From an uncultured Candidatus Rokubacteria bacterium (GTDB lineage Bacteria; Methylomirabilota; Methylomirabilia; Rokubacteriales; DASRDR01), in contig CAWDPM010000021.1 of NCBI GenBank assembly GCA_963804185.1, positions 26,119 through 90,118 of the forward strand: a DNA stretch of 64,000 nucleotides, read 5' to 3'. Every line of letters begins with the position of its first letter. Position 1 is the stretch's first letter. The notes below the pieces were generated by a model. That model did not search any database. It was not told the DNA's origin and saw only the letters and a list, made by a program, of their open reading frames with translations. Positions 33,190-45,211 of the stretch are shown one piece after another. The translations under genes and the position numbers were made by a program.

Positions 33190-33420
33190 GTCACGGGGCG
33201 GTGACGGAACGGTGCGGCGGCGGCCGGGCCGCCAGCCCCAGCGCCGCGAGGAAGCCGCCGGACCGCATGGGGCTCGGTCACCGCGCCCACGATCTGACGC
33301 GGGCCGGCACAGCGGGGACAGACGAGGACCTCGATCGCGAACACGCGGTGGAGGAGCCGGGCCCACGGCCACCGCCTTGGCGCGCGCGCGCCGGCGTCCG
33401 CGCGCGCGTCGTCAGGTGCG
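33190..33420 (-). mobile_element. IS91-family transposase C-terminal remnant
   Basis: WARLLHRVFAIEVLVCPRCAGPRQIVGAVTEPHAVRRL. Confidence 0.65.
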
Positions 33421-33529
33421 GGCGGCGGCGGGACGATCGCCGAACGCCGTGGCCCAGGTCCCGGTGAACGTGGTCGATCACCTGATGGGACTCCAGGCGG
33501 CGGTGAACCTGCCGCGCATCCACTGGTCC

Positions 33530-33715
33530 GGAGACGAGCTCGAGATGACTCGTAGGATCTCGCCCGTGGCCGTCTGCTGCTCCAGCGCCTCCGCAGGCTC
33601 GCGGGTCCGCGTCCGTAGGAGGTCCGCCGTAGCCTTCTGCTGCTCCAAGGCCGCGGTCTAGGACCGGCTTAGGCTTTCGATCTGCTCCCTCCACATCTGC
33701 GTGCGCCCCTGGCAT
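33530..33715 (-). pseudogene. N-terminal remnant of a GAF histidine kinase paralog
   Basis: [41 protein letters not shown], matching the 60660-60800 segment. Confidence 0.7.
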
Positions 33716-34085
33716 GGAGCCCTCCGTAGGACGAACGTCCTGACGCGCCGCTGTTGGTTCAAGGATTGGGTCGACGTTCAGTTGAGGCTGCGGGCCAAGC
33801 CGATCTACATCCTGGCTCCCTGGTGACTACCGGACCTGCGACGAGATCGAGGAAGCCTTCCGAGCCAATTAGGCGATGCTACCGTGCGCCTAAGGACTCC
33901 AAACGCCCTCTCCGCCGCGGACACCCTGGCCAGCCTTCGATCAGTGACTTGCCCACGACTTGCCCTAAGCGAACGAACGTCATCGATCGGAACCGGTCTC
34001 CATCCCCAGGAGCGGCGCGGTCTAAGCTCGCGGATTGATGACGATGTCGTCCGATGGCGTCCGCTGGTAGCGTCGGGGGCATGGC

Positions 34086-34130
34086 CTACGAATCCGAAGG
34101 TCGCAGGTTCGAATCCTGCTGGGCGCACCA
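34086..34130 (+). repeat. 3' half of tRNA-Arg(ACG): att-site fragment
   Basis: CTACGAATCCGAAGGTCGCAGGTTCGAATCCTGCTGGGCGCACCA without D-arm or 5' acceptor strand. Confidence 0.85.
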
Positions 34131-34533
34131 CCGAAGCTTCCGTATCTGACGCGGGCTTTCGCTGGACTGACGGCGGGTTCGAGGACATGAGCGGGGCCGC
34201 CCGTCACCGTCTGTAGAGTGCCCCTGCGTGCCCGGAAGTGTCTAGATGTGCCGGGCGAAGTGGCAAAGTCAGGGCAAAGACAGGCGAAGGGCGTCAGTGT
34301 CGCCGCCCGCTCGTGGCTAGCGTCGTCGTTAGCCGGGTGCGTCTGGCGCGGTGACCTGGTCACGCCGCAGCGGATTGGACCTCAGACGGGACAATGATCC
34401 CCTCTGCATCCCGCTCCGGACTCTCGCGCGCGTGGCATAGCCGGAACCCGTGGTCGATCTCGAGTCCGGCCTCCAGCGCCCGCGCCGCCCCAGCGAGAGT
34501 CTCCCCCTGGCCTCGCGCCTGAAGTCGTACCCG

Positions 34534-34778
34534 GTGACGTACGTACGCCGCCAGACCCCGGTCTGTGGCGCGGTCTGCCGCCGCCCTGACGGGCCGCCGG
34601 CCGCAGCGCGTCTGCTCCCCGCGATGCCGCGTCGCATCCTGGCGCTCGCTGCGCGCCCAAGAGACCGCCGCCACGCTCGCCCGGCTTCCTCGCCGAGAAC
34701 GCGGCCCTCCGGCAGCGGGTCGGCGAACTCGAACGCCTCGTCCGGCAGCTCAAGTGCCGCCTCTGGCCACAGGCGTAG
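34534..34778 (+). pseudogene. Repeat gene A copy 1 (Zn-finger + coiled coil), frameshifted
   Basis: QRVCSPRCR..AENAALRQRVGELERLVRQLKCRLW; homologous to 53754-53993. Confidence 0.7.
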
Positions 34779-34815
34779 TCCGAACTGCCAGCCGCCGCCC
34801 TGTGAGGCATTTTCT

Positions 34816-35097
34816 TCAGCGCAACTCGGGCGGCGCGAACCGCCGCAGCGGATTCGCCACCTGATCGGGCTCCCAGATCGGCACGAGCTGCCACCAGCCC
34901 GCGCGCACCGGCACCGGCACGAACTCGGTCGTGCAGCCGCACCAGGCGGGAATGTGGAGCGTCCGGCCGGGTAGCCACCCATGTGGACGCAGGTGCTCGG
35001 TGCGCATCCGCATAACGGCGACCTCGCGCCCACACGTCCAGCAGGCGCGGGTGGGGAGCCGGCGGCCGGCGGCGTCGAGCCAGATGGGCGGGGTCAT
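34816..35097 (-). CDS. Repeat gene B copy 1, 93-aa Cys/Trp-rich protein
   Basis: MTPPIWLDAAG..CWTCG..WCGC; near-identical copy at 48283-48564. Confidence 0.75.
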   Translation of the reverse strand: MTPPIWLDAAGRRLPTRACWTCGREVAVMRMRTEHLRPHGWLPGRTLHIPAWCGCTTEFVPVPVRAGWWQLVPIWEPDQVANPLRRFAPPELR

Positions 35098-35140
35098 GAG
35101 GGTCTTCGGATCAGCCCGCCTCTTCCCGTTTGGGCCCCGA

Positions 35141-35635
35141 CTACTCTGTGAGCAAGATAAGGTCCAATTCCTTGTCCTTGCTGCGCAACCGACCGATGAG
35201 GAACCGCAAGAGGTTTGCATACACGGTCTTGCCGATCCGGTCGTGCTCCTCCACAATTCCCCGAAAGTCCGCCCTCGTAAGCAGGCACAGTCGTGAGGGT
35301 GTTACCGCCTGCGCCGACGCTGAACTGGGTTGGTCGTCGATGACGCCGTACTCTCCGAAGCAGCGTCCGGGGCCGAGGCGGTTGAGGTGAATGCGGCTCG
35401 GTCTCCGCGTCATCCCGCCTGCCACGTGTTCTGGCAGGAAGACCTCGATTTCGCCTTCGAGGACAATGTAGAGTCCTTCGCCCTTATGCCCTTCCGCCAG
35501 GAGCATCTGGCCTGCAGCCGCGTCTACCAACCGGCAGGAGGCGATGATCAGGTCCAGCTCCGCCGGCCTCAGGCGCTCGAAGACTACCGAGTTGGCCAGG
35601 TTCGCCCGATACCGTTGCAGGCTACCCGCGCTCAT
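35141..35635 (-). CDS. Cyclic nucleotide-binding domain protein
   Basis: LYIVLEGEIEV, LGPGRCFGE, SASAQAVT. Confidence 0.85.
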   Translation of the reverse strand: MSAGSLQRYRANLANSVVFERLRPAELDLIIASCRLVDAAAGQMLLAEGHKGEGLYIVLEGEIEVFLPEHVAGGMTRRPSRIHLNRLGPGRCFGEYGVIDDQPSSASAQAVTPSRLCLLTRADFRGIVEEHDRIGKTVYANLLRFLIGRLRSKDKELDLILLTE

Positions 35636-35740
35636 GGCCGAGACCGCGCTCCGTCAAGCCGCTGAGACTTGCCGATTCGAGCCGAGGTCGCTTCCCTATT
35701 TCTGGGAAAGACGGTTGGGTCAGCCGCACGACACGCGGAG

Positions 35741-36721
35741 TCACTCGATCACCTCGTCCGCCCGCGCGAGCATGGCTGGGGGAATCGTCAGGCCCAGCGC
35801 CTTCGCGGTCTTGAGATTGATCACGAGCTCGAACTTCGTCGCTTGCTGGACCGGAAGATCAGCCGGGCTCGCCCCTTTCAGGATCTTGTCTACATAGGCG
35901 GCGGCGCGGCGATAGAGATCTGCACGATCCGGGCTGTAGCTGAGCAGGCCTCCTGCCTCCACGTGTTCTCGCGGTCCGAACATCGTCGGCAGCTTGTGCG
36001 TCAACCCGAGCTCGGCAAGCCGCTTTGCCCCGCCCATGAACAGCGGGGTCGAGAGGACCAAAACCGCGCCGGCACGTTCTCGAACGATTGCCAAAAAGGC
36101 GCCGTCGAACTCTGAGGTACTGCGCACGGCCAGCGTTTGAAGCCGGAGACCCAGTGCCCGGCTCATATCCTCGACCGCCTTCAATGCCGGTCGATGCGAC
36201 GGCGTGGCCGGATCCCAGATAATGGCCACGCGTTTGAGTCCAGGGAGTGTCTCCTTCAGCAACTCCAGGCTCTTCGCCATGGTCTCACTCATGACGATGG
36301 TGAGTCCCGTGGCATTGGTGCCTGGCCGCGCGAGGCTCGCGACGTGACCACTGCCAATCGGGTCCGCGTGGCTTGCGAAGACGATGGGGATCGTCGAGGT
36401 TGCTCGCTGAGCCGCCCCGGTGTAGATGGACGTCGGCGCGACGATGAGATCGACCTTGAGTCGGACCAGCTCCTCCACCAGACCCGGAAGCCGATCGAAT
36501 CGCCCCTCGGTCCACCGGTATTCAAAGGCAATGTTCTGCCCCTCGACCCAGCCCAGATCACGCAGCCCCTGACGGAATGCTTCGAGCGCGTGCGGCCACA
36601 CGGCGGGGGTATCCCACAGAAACCCGATGCGATACACCTTTCCAGTCTGTTGCGCCGCCACAGAACGGGGGGCGGCCAGGGCGGTGACCGCTCCAGCAAC
36701 AAACGCGCGCCGGCTAATCAT
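35741..36721 (-). CDS. ABC_sub_bind family substrate-binding protein
   Basis: SRRAFV signal, SLARPGTNATG, KFELVINLKTAKALGLTIP. Confidence 0.9.
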   Translation of the reverse strand: MISRRAFVAGAVTALAAPRSVAAQQTGKVYRIGFLWDTPAVWPHALEAFRQGLRDLGWVEGQNIAFEYRWTEGRFDRLPGLVEELVRLKVDLIVAPTSIYTGAAQRATSTIPIVFASHADPIGSGHVASLARPGTNATGLTIVMSETMAKSLELLKETLPGLKRVAIIWDPATPSHRPALKAVEDMSRALGLRLQTLAVRSTSEFDGAFLAIVRERAGAVLVLSTPLFMGGAKRLAELGLTHKLPTMFGPREHVEAGGLLSYSPDRADLYRRAAAYVDKILKGASPADLPVQQATKFELVINLKTAKALGLTIPPAMLARADEVIE

Positions 36722-37689
36722 TGGATCACTTCATCCGCCCGCGCGAGCACCGACGGCGGGATCGTGAGGCCGAGGGCCTTGGCGGTCTTGAGGTTGATGA
36801 CCAACTCGAACTTCGTGGGCTGCTCCACCGGGAGGTCGGCAGGCTTGGCACCCTTGAGAATCTTGTCCACGTAGATGGCGGCGCGCCGGAACAAGGCCGG
36901 GATATACGTGCCGTACGACATGAGGCCGCCGGCCTCCACGATGATTCTGTTCGACCAGATCGCCGGAAGCCGGTGCCGCGCCGCGAGCTCAGCGAACTGC
37001 GTCCGGTATGTCGTGAACAGCGGCGTATCGATGTTGAGCAGGGCCCCGGCACCGCTCACGGCCTTGAATGCGGCTTCGAAGTCCTCTGGACCTCGCACCG
37101 CCGCCGGCTTGAGTTGCAATCTCAGGGCGCGTGCCGCTTCCTCCGTCTCTCTCCGCTGTACCGGGTCGGTTGGATGCGCCGGATGCGTGAGGACCGCCAC
37201 TTGCTTCAATGTCGGAAGGAGTTCCCGGAGCAGCTCCAGGCGCTTGGTGATAGTCGCGCCAGCGTTGACCGTCACTCCGGTGATGTTGCCGCCGGGGCGT
37301 GCCAGGCTCTTGATAAGCCCGATCTCCACCGGATGACTCAGGCTCGTGAAGACGATGGGGATGGACGTGGTCGCGGTCTCTGCTGCGATCCCCGCGGACG
37401 AGGCCGAAGCCACGATGACGTCGACCTTCGATCGCACCAGCTCTTCCGCGAGGCGCGGTAGCTCATCGAGGGTGCCGATCCGGAATTCGATGACCACGTT
37501 CTGGCCCTCGACGTATCCCAACTCGCGGAGACCTTCCCGGAATTCGTCGACCCAGAACTTCGGCGGCTCGCCGGCGCGGAGAAATCCGATCCTGTAGACC
37601 TTCCCGGCCTGCTGCGCCTCGGTGGCGAGCGGCGCGGCGAGGAGGCTGAGGGTGCCCACAATGAACCCTCGTCGCTCCACGCGTGTCAT
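36718..37689 (-). CDS. ABC_sub_bind family substrate-binding protein
   Basis: ERRGFI signal, SLARPGGNITG, EQPTKFELVINLKTAKALGLTIP. Confidence 0.9.
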   Translation of the reverse strand: MTRVERRGFIVGTLSLLAAPLATEAQQAGKVYRIGFLRAGEPPKFWVDEFREGLRELGYVEGQNVVIEFRIGTLDELPRLAEELVRSKVDVIVASASSAGIAAETATTSIPIVFTSLSHPVEIGLIKSLARPGGNITGVTVNAGATITKRLELLRELLPTLKQVAVLTHPAHPTDPVQRRETEEAARALRLQLKPAAVRGPEDFEAAFKAVSGAGALLNIDTPLFTTYRTQFAELAARHRLPAIWSNRIIVEAGGLMSYGTYIPALFRRAAIYVDKILKGAKPADLPVEQPTKFELVINLKTAKALGLTIPPSVLARADEVIQ

Positions 37690-40600
37690 CGCGCGCCTCC
37701 ACCCAGCTCCGCGACGGCATTCTCCAGCCAGAAAGTCATGCCCATCTCGCGGTACATCGTGGTCGCGGTGGTCAGGTGCTCATCGGCCTTCGCCCGGTCA
37801 GCCAGTGCGGCGGTAGAGCGTGCCGAGGCCGAGGTGGCAGTGGGCGACGAGCGGGCGCATGCCCAGCGACCCGGCCAGTGTCAGCGCCTGGCGAAAGTGG
37901 GCACCGGCCTCCTCGACCCCAGGCGGGCCGCCGCGCGCGGCAATGTCACCGAGAAGTCGAAGCACCCATGCCCGGCAGCCGATTTCCTCGTGTGCCTCAG
38001 CCATGCGCAGCGCGTCGTGGGCCAGCCCGCGCGCCTCGTCGACACGATCGGCGAGCAAATGGGCTTCCGCGTACCAACCGTCCCGGAGCGACTGCAACCA
38101 GCGCAAGTCGGGCGACGCGCGGGATGCTCCTGCTTCGTCGATCAGACGTTGCGCCTCCGCGTGGTGTCCCAGCAGGGCTCGGGCGTAGCCGAGTGCCGCC
38201 CCGCAGGTCAGGAACAAGCTGACGATGCCCCACACGCGTCCGATCTCCCGTCCCTGGGCGAGGGCCGAGGTCGCCCGGTCCAGGTCTCCGCGGCGGAGGC
38301 TCACCTGGCCGAGGGCCCAGCACGCGAACGAGAGGGAGAATGGATGATCGGCCGCCGTAGCGATCTGCATGGCCTCGTCCGCCATCGCCAGGCTTTCCGC
38401 GAACGATCCCGTCTCGGCCTGGCTGAGCGCCAGCCACACCCGGGCGATGACCGACGGGAGAGTCGCCGCGCCCGGACGCGCGTAGAGGTGCTCACCCGCG
38501 CTGAGCGTCACGGCATCACGAAGGATCGCGATCGCGCGCGGGAAGTCGCCGAGCATGTGATAGCTCGCCCCCAGGCGATAGCCGAGCTGGGCCCGGAGCA
38601 CCGCATCCTCCAAGCCGTCCGCGAGGGCCAAAGCGCGGATACCCTCCGTAACGCTCCGCCGGTTATCGGAAAGGCCCAACAAGGTATTCACGAGCCCACT
38701 CGAGACGTGGACTTGGCGCCAGCGATCTTGCAGGCGTTCGGCGATCGGAACGGCGGCCAGGAGTTCGGGCAGAAGGCGCTCCAGCTCGGCGAGCGGCGTC
38801 AGCACGTCTCTCAGGTCGGTCCGCAGATCGACCGCGTGTTCCAGCGCGAACCGACTCTCGGGGAGGCGCGGGAGGACCCCCAGCGCCTCCTCATAGGCGG
38901 CCGCCGCTTGCCGGAAGGCGGAGCGCCCGGCCGCCTTGAGGCCGGCCTGACGAAGGTAGGTCACCGCCTTCTCCCACGCTTCACCTCGCACCGCGTGGTA
39001 GGCCAGCCGCTCGATATGCTCGGCGAGGCGGTCGGGATAGAGCCGCTCGATGGCCTCGACGATTCGGGCGTGCTGGGCTCGCCGTCGCTCCTGGAGCAGG
39101 CTGCCGTAGGCGACCTCGTGGGTGAGCGCATGTTTGAAGGTGTATTCGAGGTCCGGGAAGAGGCTCGTCTCGTACAGGAACTCGGCCGCCTGGAGGTGGG
39201 TGAGCCCCCGGCGAAGGTTGTCCTCGGGGACGTCGGCGATCGCCTGCAGGAGCGTGAACGGCACATCCTTCCCAATGACGGCGGCGGCCTGGAGGAGCCG
39301 CTTGTCCTCGGGGGCCAGCCGGTCGATGCGTGCCGCGAGGATCGCCTGAACCGTGACTGGGATCTGCCACGCGTCCGGTGTCTTCGCGACCCGATACGCG
39401 CCCCGCTCCCCGACGAGCACCTGGGTCTCCACGAGGGTCCGCACGCTCTCCTCCAGAAAGAAGGGGTTTCCCTCGGTCCGTTCGATCAGCACCCGCTTGA
39501 GTGGCGCGAGGGTCTGGTCCTCCCCCAGGAGCGCGGTGAGCAGTGTGTCGGCGCTCTCGGGCGGCAACGGGTCGATCCGCAGCTGGACGTAGTAGGTCTT
39601 GCCACCCCAGACATGCTGGTACTCGGGCCGGTAGTTGACGAGCAGCAGGATGCGGGCGGTCGGCAGGCTCTCTATGAGGCCGTCGAGGAGCGCCTGGGTC
39701 TCGGCGTCGATCCAGTGGAGATCCTCGAAAAGGAGGAGCAGCGGCTGGACCAGACTCTCCCGGAGCAGCAGCCGTCTGATCGCGTCCAGAGTTCGCTGTC
39801 GGCGTTGCGGCGGGTCGAGGGCCGCCCACGCGGCGTCCTCGACGGGGACGTCCAGCAGCGCCAGCAGCGGTGTCAGCAGTGGCTCCAGCGCCCGGTCCAG
39901 CATCAGGAGTTTGCCCGCCACGCGTTCCCGGATCTCTCGCGGTTCGTCGCGCTCCTGGATCCGGCAATACCCCTTGAGCAACTCAATGACGGGCAGGTAC
40001 GGTGTGGCCTTCCCGTAGGAGACCGAGCCGCTCTCGAGCACCAGCCAGCCCTGGGTGCGGTGAGACCGCGTGAACTCCCAGGCGAGCCGCGATTTTCCCA
40101 CCCCGGCCTCGCCCACCACCGCGACCGCCTGCCCGTGGCCCGTCGCGGCGCGCTCGAGCGCCTGGGCCAACTGCTGTAGCTCACCGTCGCGTCCGACGAA
40201 GCGGGTCAGCCCACGGGTCGCACTGGCCTGGAGCCTGGACCGGGTCGGCACGGTGGCGGTCAACTCGTAGACCGGTGTCGGGGTTTCCAGCCCCTTCACG
40301 GCCACCGCCCCGAGCGGTTTGACCTGAACGTAGCCTTCGGCCAGCTTCAAGGTGTCACCGGTGACCAGCGCGGAGCCGGGTTTCGCCATCTGCTCCATCC
40401 GGGCGGCGAGATGGGTCGTTTGCCCGACGGCGGTGTAATCCATGTGGAGGTCACTGCCGATCGCCCGCACGACGACCTCACCGGAGTTGAGGCCCACGCG
40501 AATCTGCACGGGTGTGCCGCCGCCGCGCTGGATCTCGTCCGCGTAGAGGTTCACCCGGCGCTGCATTCTCAGTGCGGCATAGCAGGCGCGGACTGCGTGG

Positions 40601-41057
40601 TCCTCATGCCCGATCGGCGCGCCGAACAACGCCATGATCCCATCGCCCATCACCTGGTTGACGGTGCCCTCGTAGTGATGAACGGCCTCCATCATCCGCT
40701 CGAGCACCGGGTCGAGGAGCTTCCGCGCCTCCTCGGGGTCGCGGTCGGCGAGCAGCTCCATCGAGCCCTTGAGGTCGGCGAAGAGCACCGTGACCTGCTT
40801 GCGCTCGCCCTCGAGGGCGCTCTTCGACGTCAGGATCTTCTCGGCGAGGTGCTTGGGCGTGTAGGACTCGGGGACTTGGCGTCCAGCGCGGTGGTCGCGG
40901 CGCTGGCAGCGGCGGGTCCCGCACTGAGCCGCAGAATCGCTTGCCCGGCGCAAGCTCTGCCGCCACACTGCGCGCAGGCCAGCGCGAGGCGGCTGCCGCA
41001 GTCCTCGCAGAACCGCGCGCCCGTCGCGGTTCTCGGCTGGCACCGGGGACACGTCAT
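37686..41057 (-). CDS. Zinc-ribbon / adenylate cyclase / AAA ATPase / TPR multidomain protein (frameshifts near both ends)
   Basis: [59 protein letters not shown]-term [11 protein letters not shown]. Confidence 0.88.
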
Positions 41058-41059
41058 GG

Positions 41060-42996
41060 CCGTGGGGGCGCGCCTCCGCCCTGATCGCTCGCACTCTTTC
41101 GTCAAGCCGAACGGGCAGCGTGAAGCTGAACGTCGACCCCTGGCCCACCTGGCTCTGGACCCAGATCCGCCCCCCGTGCAGCTCCACGAACTTCTTGGCG
41201 AGCGTCAGGCCCGAGCCCCGTGCCCTCCTGCGTGCGGGCGTCGTCCCGGCCGACCTGGCGGAACTCCTCGAAGATGGCCGCCTGATCCTCGGGCGCGATG
41301 CCGATCCCCGTGTCGCTGACGGCGATGGTGACGACGCTCGTCGGCCGCCGTCGCGGTGAGGCCGACCCGGCCCCCCTCCGGGGTGAACTTCACCGCATTG
41401 GAGAGGAGGTTCACCAGGATCTGCTTGACCTTCCGCTCGTCCGCGACGATGTCGCCCACCCGCTCGTCCACGGTCTGGGTGAGCGTGATCCCGTGCCGGG
41501 TCGCCCGCTCCCGAACCAGGGTCAGCGCATTGTCGAGCGCGGTGGGCAGATGGAACCGCCCGAGCTCCAGCTCCAGCCGGCCGGCCTCCACCTTGGCCAG
41601 GTCGAGGATGTCGTTGATCAGGGAGAGGAGATGCCGGCCCGAGGACAGGATGTCCTGGAGGTACTCGGCCTGCTTCTCGTTCACCTCCCCGAACATCCGC
41701 TCGGCCAGGACCTCCGAGAAGCCGAGGATCGCGTTCAGCGGGGTCCGGAGCTCGTGGGACATGTTGGCGAGGAACTCGGACTTGTGGCGGCTCGCGGCCT
41801 CGAGCTGGCGGCTCTTGTCCGCGATCTCTTGGAAGAGTCGAGCGTTCTGGATCGCGAGGGCGGACTGGGTCGCAAAGGTGCGCAGCAGATCGATGGTCTC
41901 GGTTGGGAACTCACCAGGCCGCTTACGCGTGACCCCAAGACAGCCTATGAGCCGGTCCTGGTGGATCATCGGTACTGCGAGGACGGCTCGGACCCCTGAT
42001 TCAATGAGGGTCTCCCGTACCCGGCTCTCGTACAGCCCCGGGATGGTTATGTCAGGGACCTGGAACGGTTCGCGCGTGATCGCGGTCCGTCCAATTGCAC
42101 CCTCGCCTTTCTGGTACCGGACTTCGCGAAGAGCCTGTGGAAGACCTTCCCCGATTTCAGCGGTGGCCCGCTGGACGAATTCCTCGGCAATTTCGTCGTA
42201 TTCCGAGACCAGTCCACCGTCCAGCCCCGAGAGCTCGACGGCCCGCGACACGATGGTCGTCAGCACCGTGGCGAGATCGAGCGTGGAGCTGACCGCCCTG
42301 CCGACCTCGCCGAGGGCGGTGAGCTGATCGACCGACCGGGTCAACTCGGCGGTCCGCGCCTGCAGTTCCTTGAACAGCCGCACGTTCTCGATCGCGATGA
42401 CCGCCTGGTCGGCGAAGGTCTGGAGGAGCTCGATCTGCTATCTCGGTGAACGGCCGAACCTCAGTCCGCCGGATGCCGATCGCCCCGATGGCCTCGGTAC
42501 CGCGGAGCAGAGGAACGGTGAGCGTTGTCCGGTGGCCCAGAGACCGCGCAAACGCGCTGCCCTCTGGATACTCGTCCGTCTCGGCCTGGATGTCGGCGAC
42601 CTGGATCGTCCGCCGGTCGAGTACCGCACGTCCCATGGACGTTCCTCGAAGGGGAAATTCGCCCGGAGGAAGAGAGGGGATCGGGCCCTGGTGGGCCACG
42701 AGGCGGAGCTGGTCACCGTCCACCTGGAAGATCGCGGCATCGGACGCGTCGCACAGACGGGCGGCGCTCCTCAGCACTGCCGCGAACACGGGCTGGACAT
42801 CGGTCGGGGAGCTGGAGATAACGCGCAGGATCTCGGCCGTCGCGGTCCCCTGCTCCAGCGACTCTGTCAGGGCACTGGTGATCTCCGCATAGGACGGTGC
42901 TGGCGTGCCAGTCGGATTGGCGCTGAGGGGCGTGCCGCACTCCCCACAGAACTTCTGGCCGCTGGGGTTCTCGTGCTGGCAGCGGGGACAGGGCAT
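41060..42996 (-). CDS. Zinc-ribbon / GAF / histidine kinase (frameshifted; 3' end approximate)
   Basis: [21 protein letters not shown], two GAF regions, [35 protein letters not shown]. Confidence 0.85.
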
Positions 42997-43216
42997 GTTC
43001 AACGTCTCCCGAGTCCGGATCTCTAACCGCAGGCCACGATCAATCGCGTCACGGGACCCAGGGAGCCGCCGGAACTGGGCGTCCCGGCGCCCCCGGAGGG
43101 CACGGCAGCCCGACCCTACCGCGAGCCGGCCTCCGGCGCCAGCCGCCGGCTACCGCTCCCGGTAGGCTCGCTGCCGGACCCGGTTGCCTTCCGACTCGGT
43201 GGCGTAGCGGCGGGGA

Positions 43217-43287
43217 TCCGCCAGCGGGTCGGCGAGCTCGAGCGCCTCGTCGGGTAGCTCAAGCGCCGCCTCTGGCTGACGGCGTAG
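43217..43287 (+). repeat. Repeat gene A copy 2 (3' fragment only)
   Basis: RQRVGELERLVG*LKRRLWLTA*. Confidence 0.75.
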
Positions 43288-43584
43288 CGCCGCCCTGCTT
43301 GGCGCCGTCGGAGCCGATTGGTGGTGTCTACCCAAATCGTGTAGGCCAATCCCCCCTTGTAGCGCGCCGCTCCGGGCGTCAGGAAACAAGGCACAGAGAA
43401 AGCCGCCGCCCGTGTGGCGGCCGATATCGACGCCATGCTGCTCCATGCGCTCATGGACCAGACGCCGATTCCCGGCTGCGGAGTCGATGGCCTGATTGTC
43501 TACATCGCCACGCGACATCCCCATGGTGCCCCGTGCACTGATCCAGACCGTGCTACCGGGCAGCCTCCGACATGTCGCGACACA

Positions 43585-45187
43585 CTACGCAACCGGCGCC
43601 CAGATAGCGAGGAAACTCCTAACGGCAGGCAGTGCCGCCCCCAGTATCCGCGGCGTAGTCAGCGCAGACGATGAACGACTTCCTGACCGGGACCACAGTA
43701 TTGCCGAAATTGCCGGAGTCGTCTGAGAAACCGGGCGGCGGGGTTTCCTTGCCGTATTCGTCGTCATATCGGTACGTGGACGAGCTGCCGCTTGTGTCTG
43801 GATATCGAAAGCCACAATGCCTCCCCTGACGTCGATGGTCTTGGACTCCACGCGCCCGCCGGAATATATGAATCCGCGGATCTCGGTCCCGGAACCGCTG
43901 CCGATGTCGGCGCAGGTTTTCTGAGGCGCATACGGGTTAGCAGCGGTAGGCGGCGGCTGCTGCTGGGGATCGTAGATCAGCAGGGTCAACGGATAGCCAT
44001 AAACCCTCACCGCAGAGTTGTGCGTGGCCGTCTGCATCGAGCCAAAATTCCCTAGCATCATGTCGAGGTTCTGGCCGCTGCAGCTGCCTGGACCATTACC
44101 TTCAACCACCAAGGTGCCGTAGAAGGTGCCGCCCTGGATAATGACCTGGCCCGTGTTTCCGGCTTCGCATGACGTACGCGTTGCGCCCGTTCTTGTCGCC
44201 GCTACCAACACTGCCAAAGCCCTTGTTCCCACGGAACACCATGCCCGTCGCGTCCGAAGGACAAGGCGTACCCGGCGCGATGAAGGAACTTGCTTGTAGG
44301 AGGGGCCGTCGTGTCCGGCAAGTCCCCATTCTTGACGCACGCCGGGCCGCCACCATACGCCTGACCGGCCGTGGTCAACGCGCAGTCGAAGTAACCGTGG
44401 TACGTCTGCCCGCCGCCATTGCAGTTCTGCTTGAGCGTTCCCCGCCCCGGTCACCACCTTGCGACCACTGGGGCTGCAACCGGGGTTCAGCGTGGACGCT
44501 TCGGGTCGATCTCTGAACATCCGAGTGTCGGCGTTGGGAGCACGTCGTAGGCGCCCGGTCCACCGGGGTACTCATTTGGGTCCGCCGGTATGATCGTGGG
44601 ATTGCCGTTTCGGTTCCCCTGCTCGTTGCAGTAGCCGGGGGATTGTCCTGGCTCGAGTTCGAGCAGACGTGCTTCCAGGCGGTATCGATCGCCACGATCG
44701 CCCGCACTCGGGCGCGACCCAGCCCGTTCGCGGCCGTTGCCCACGCCGTGAGGACTGCCGTCTCGTTGTTGTCGCGGCCGGGTGTCCCCCCGCTGCAGCT
44801 CGCGTCCTGGATCGCGACGGGAACGAGGGGGAAGCAGTCATTGTCGATGACCACCGAGTAGTCCCCCGCTCCCAGGGGGATCCCGCTGAATAGCAGCTTG
44901 GCGAGCCCTGCGTCGCAACCGTAGGAGGACGAGTTGCCGGGATCCGTCCACCTCGAGAACCCGCACGCCCCACTGGCGTCGGCGGCGGTGCGCACCGCGT
45001 CCCGCCCGCGCTCGAGCCCGGCCTCCGCCAGAGCCTCGGCCTGCGCCTGGGCCTTGTAGTTGACCGCCGTCGTCACCTCGAGCCGGGACAGGAGCGCGAA
45101 CGAGAAGCTCAGGATTCCGAAGATCAGCATCGCGATGACGGCGATGATGAGGACCGATCCACCCTGGTCATACCGGGTTGCGTTCAT
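43585..45187 (-). CDS. PilX-like minor pilin (frameshifted; 3' end approximate)
   Basis: QGGSVLIIAVIAMLIF, QAEALAEAGLE PilX N-terminal motif. Confidence 0.7.
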
Positions 45188-45211
45188 GTGTCCTCCACGA
45201 GACACCCTCGA

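Noticed and set aside
28231-34130. Intron-split tRNA-Arg
   Set aside because: The halves have different anticodons and non-complementary anticodon stems; no group I/II intron features seen.
30086-40179. Long plus-strand ORFs with repeated LIRPRQHRRRDxEAExLG text
   Set aside because: Antisense reading of conserved SBP and cyclase genes.
37798-41187. Apparent kinase-cyclase fusion ORF of 1129 aa
   Set aside because: Produced by frameshifts; the cyclase has its own MTCPRCQ start at 41057.
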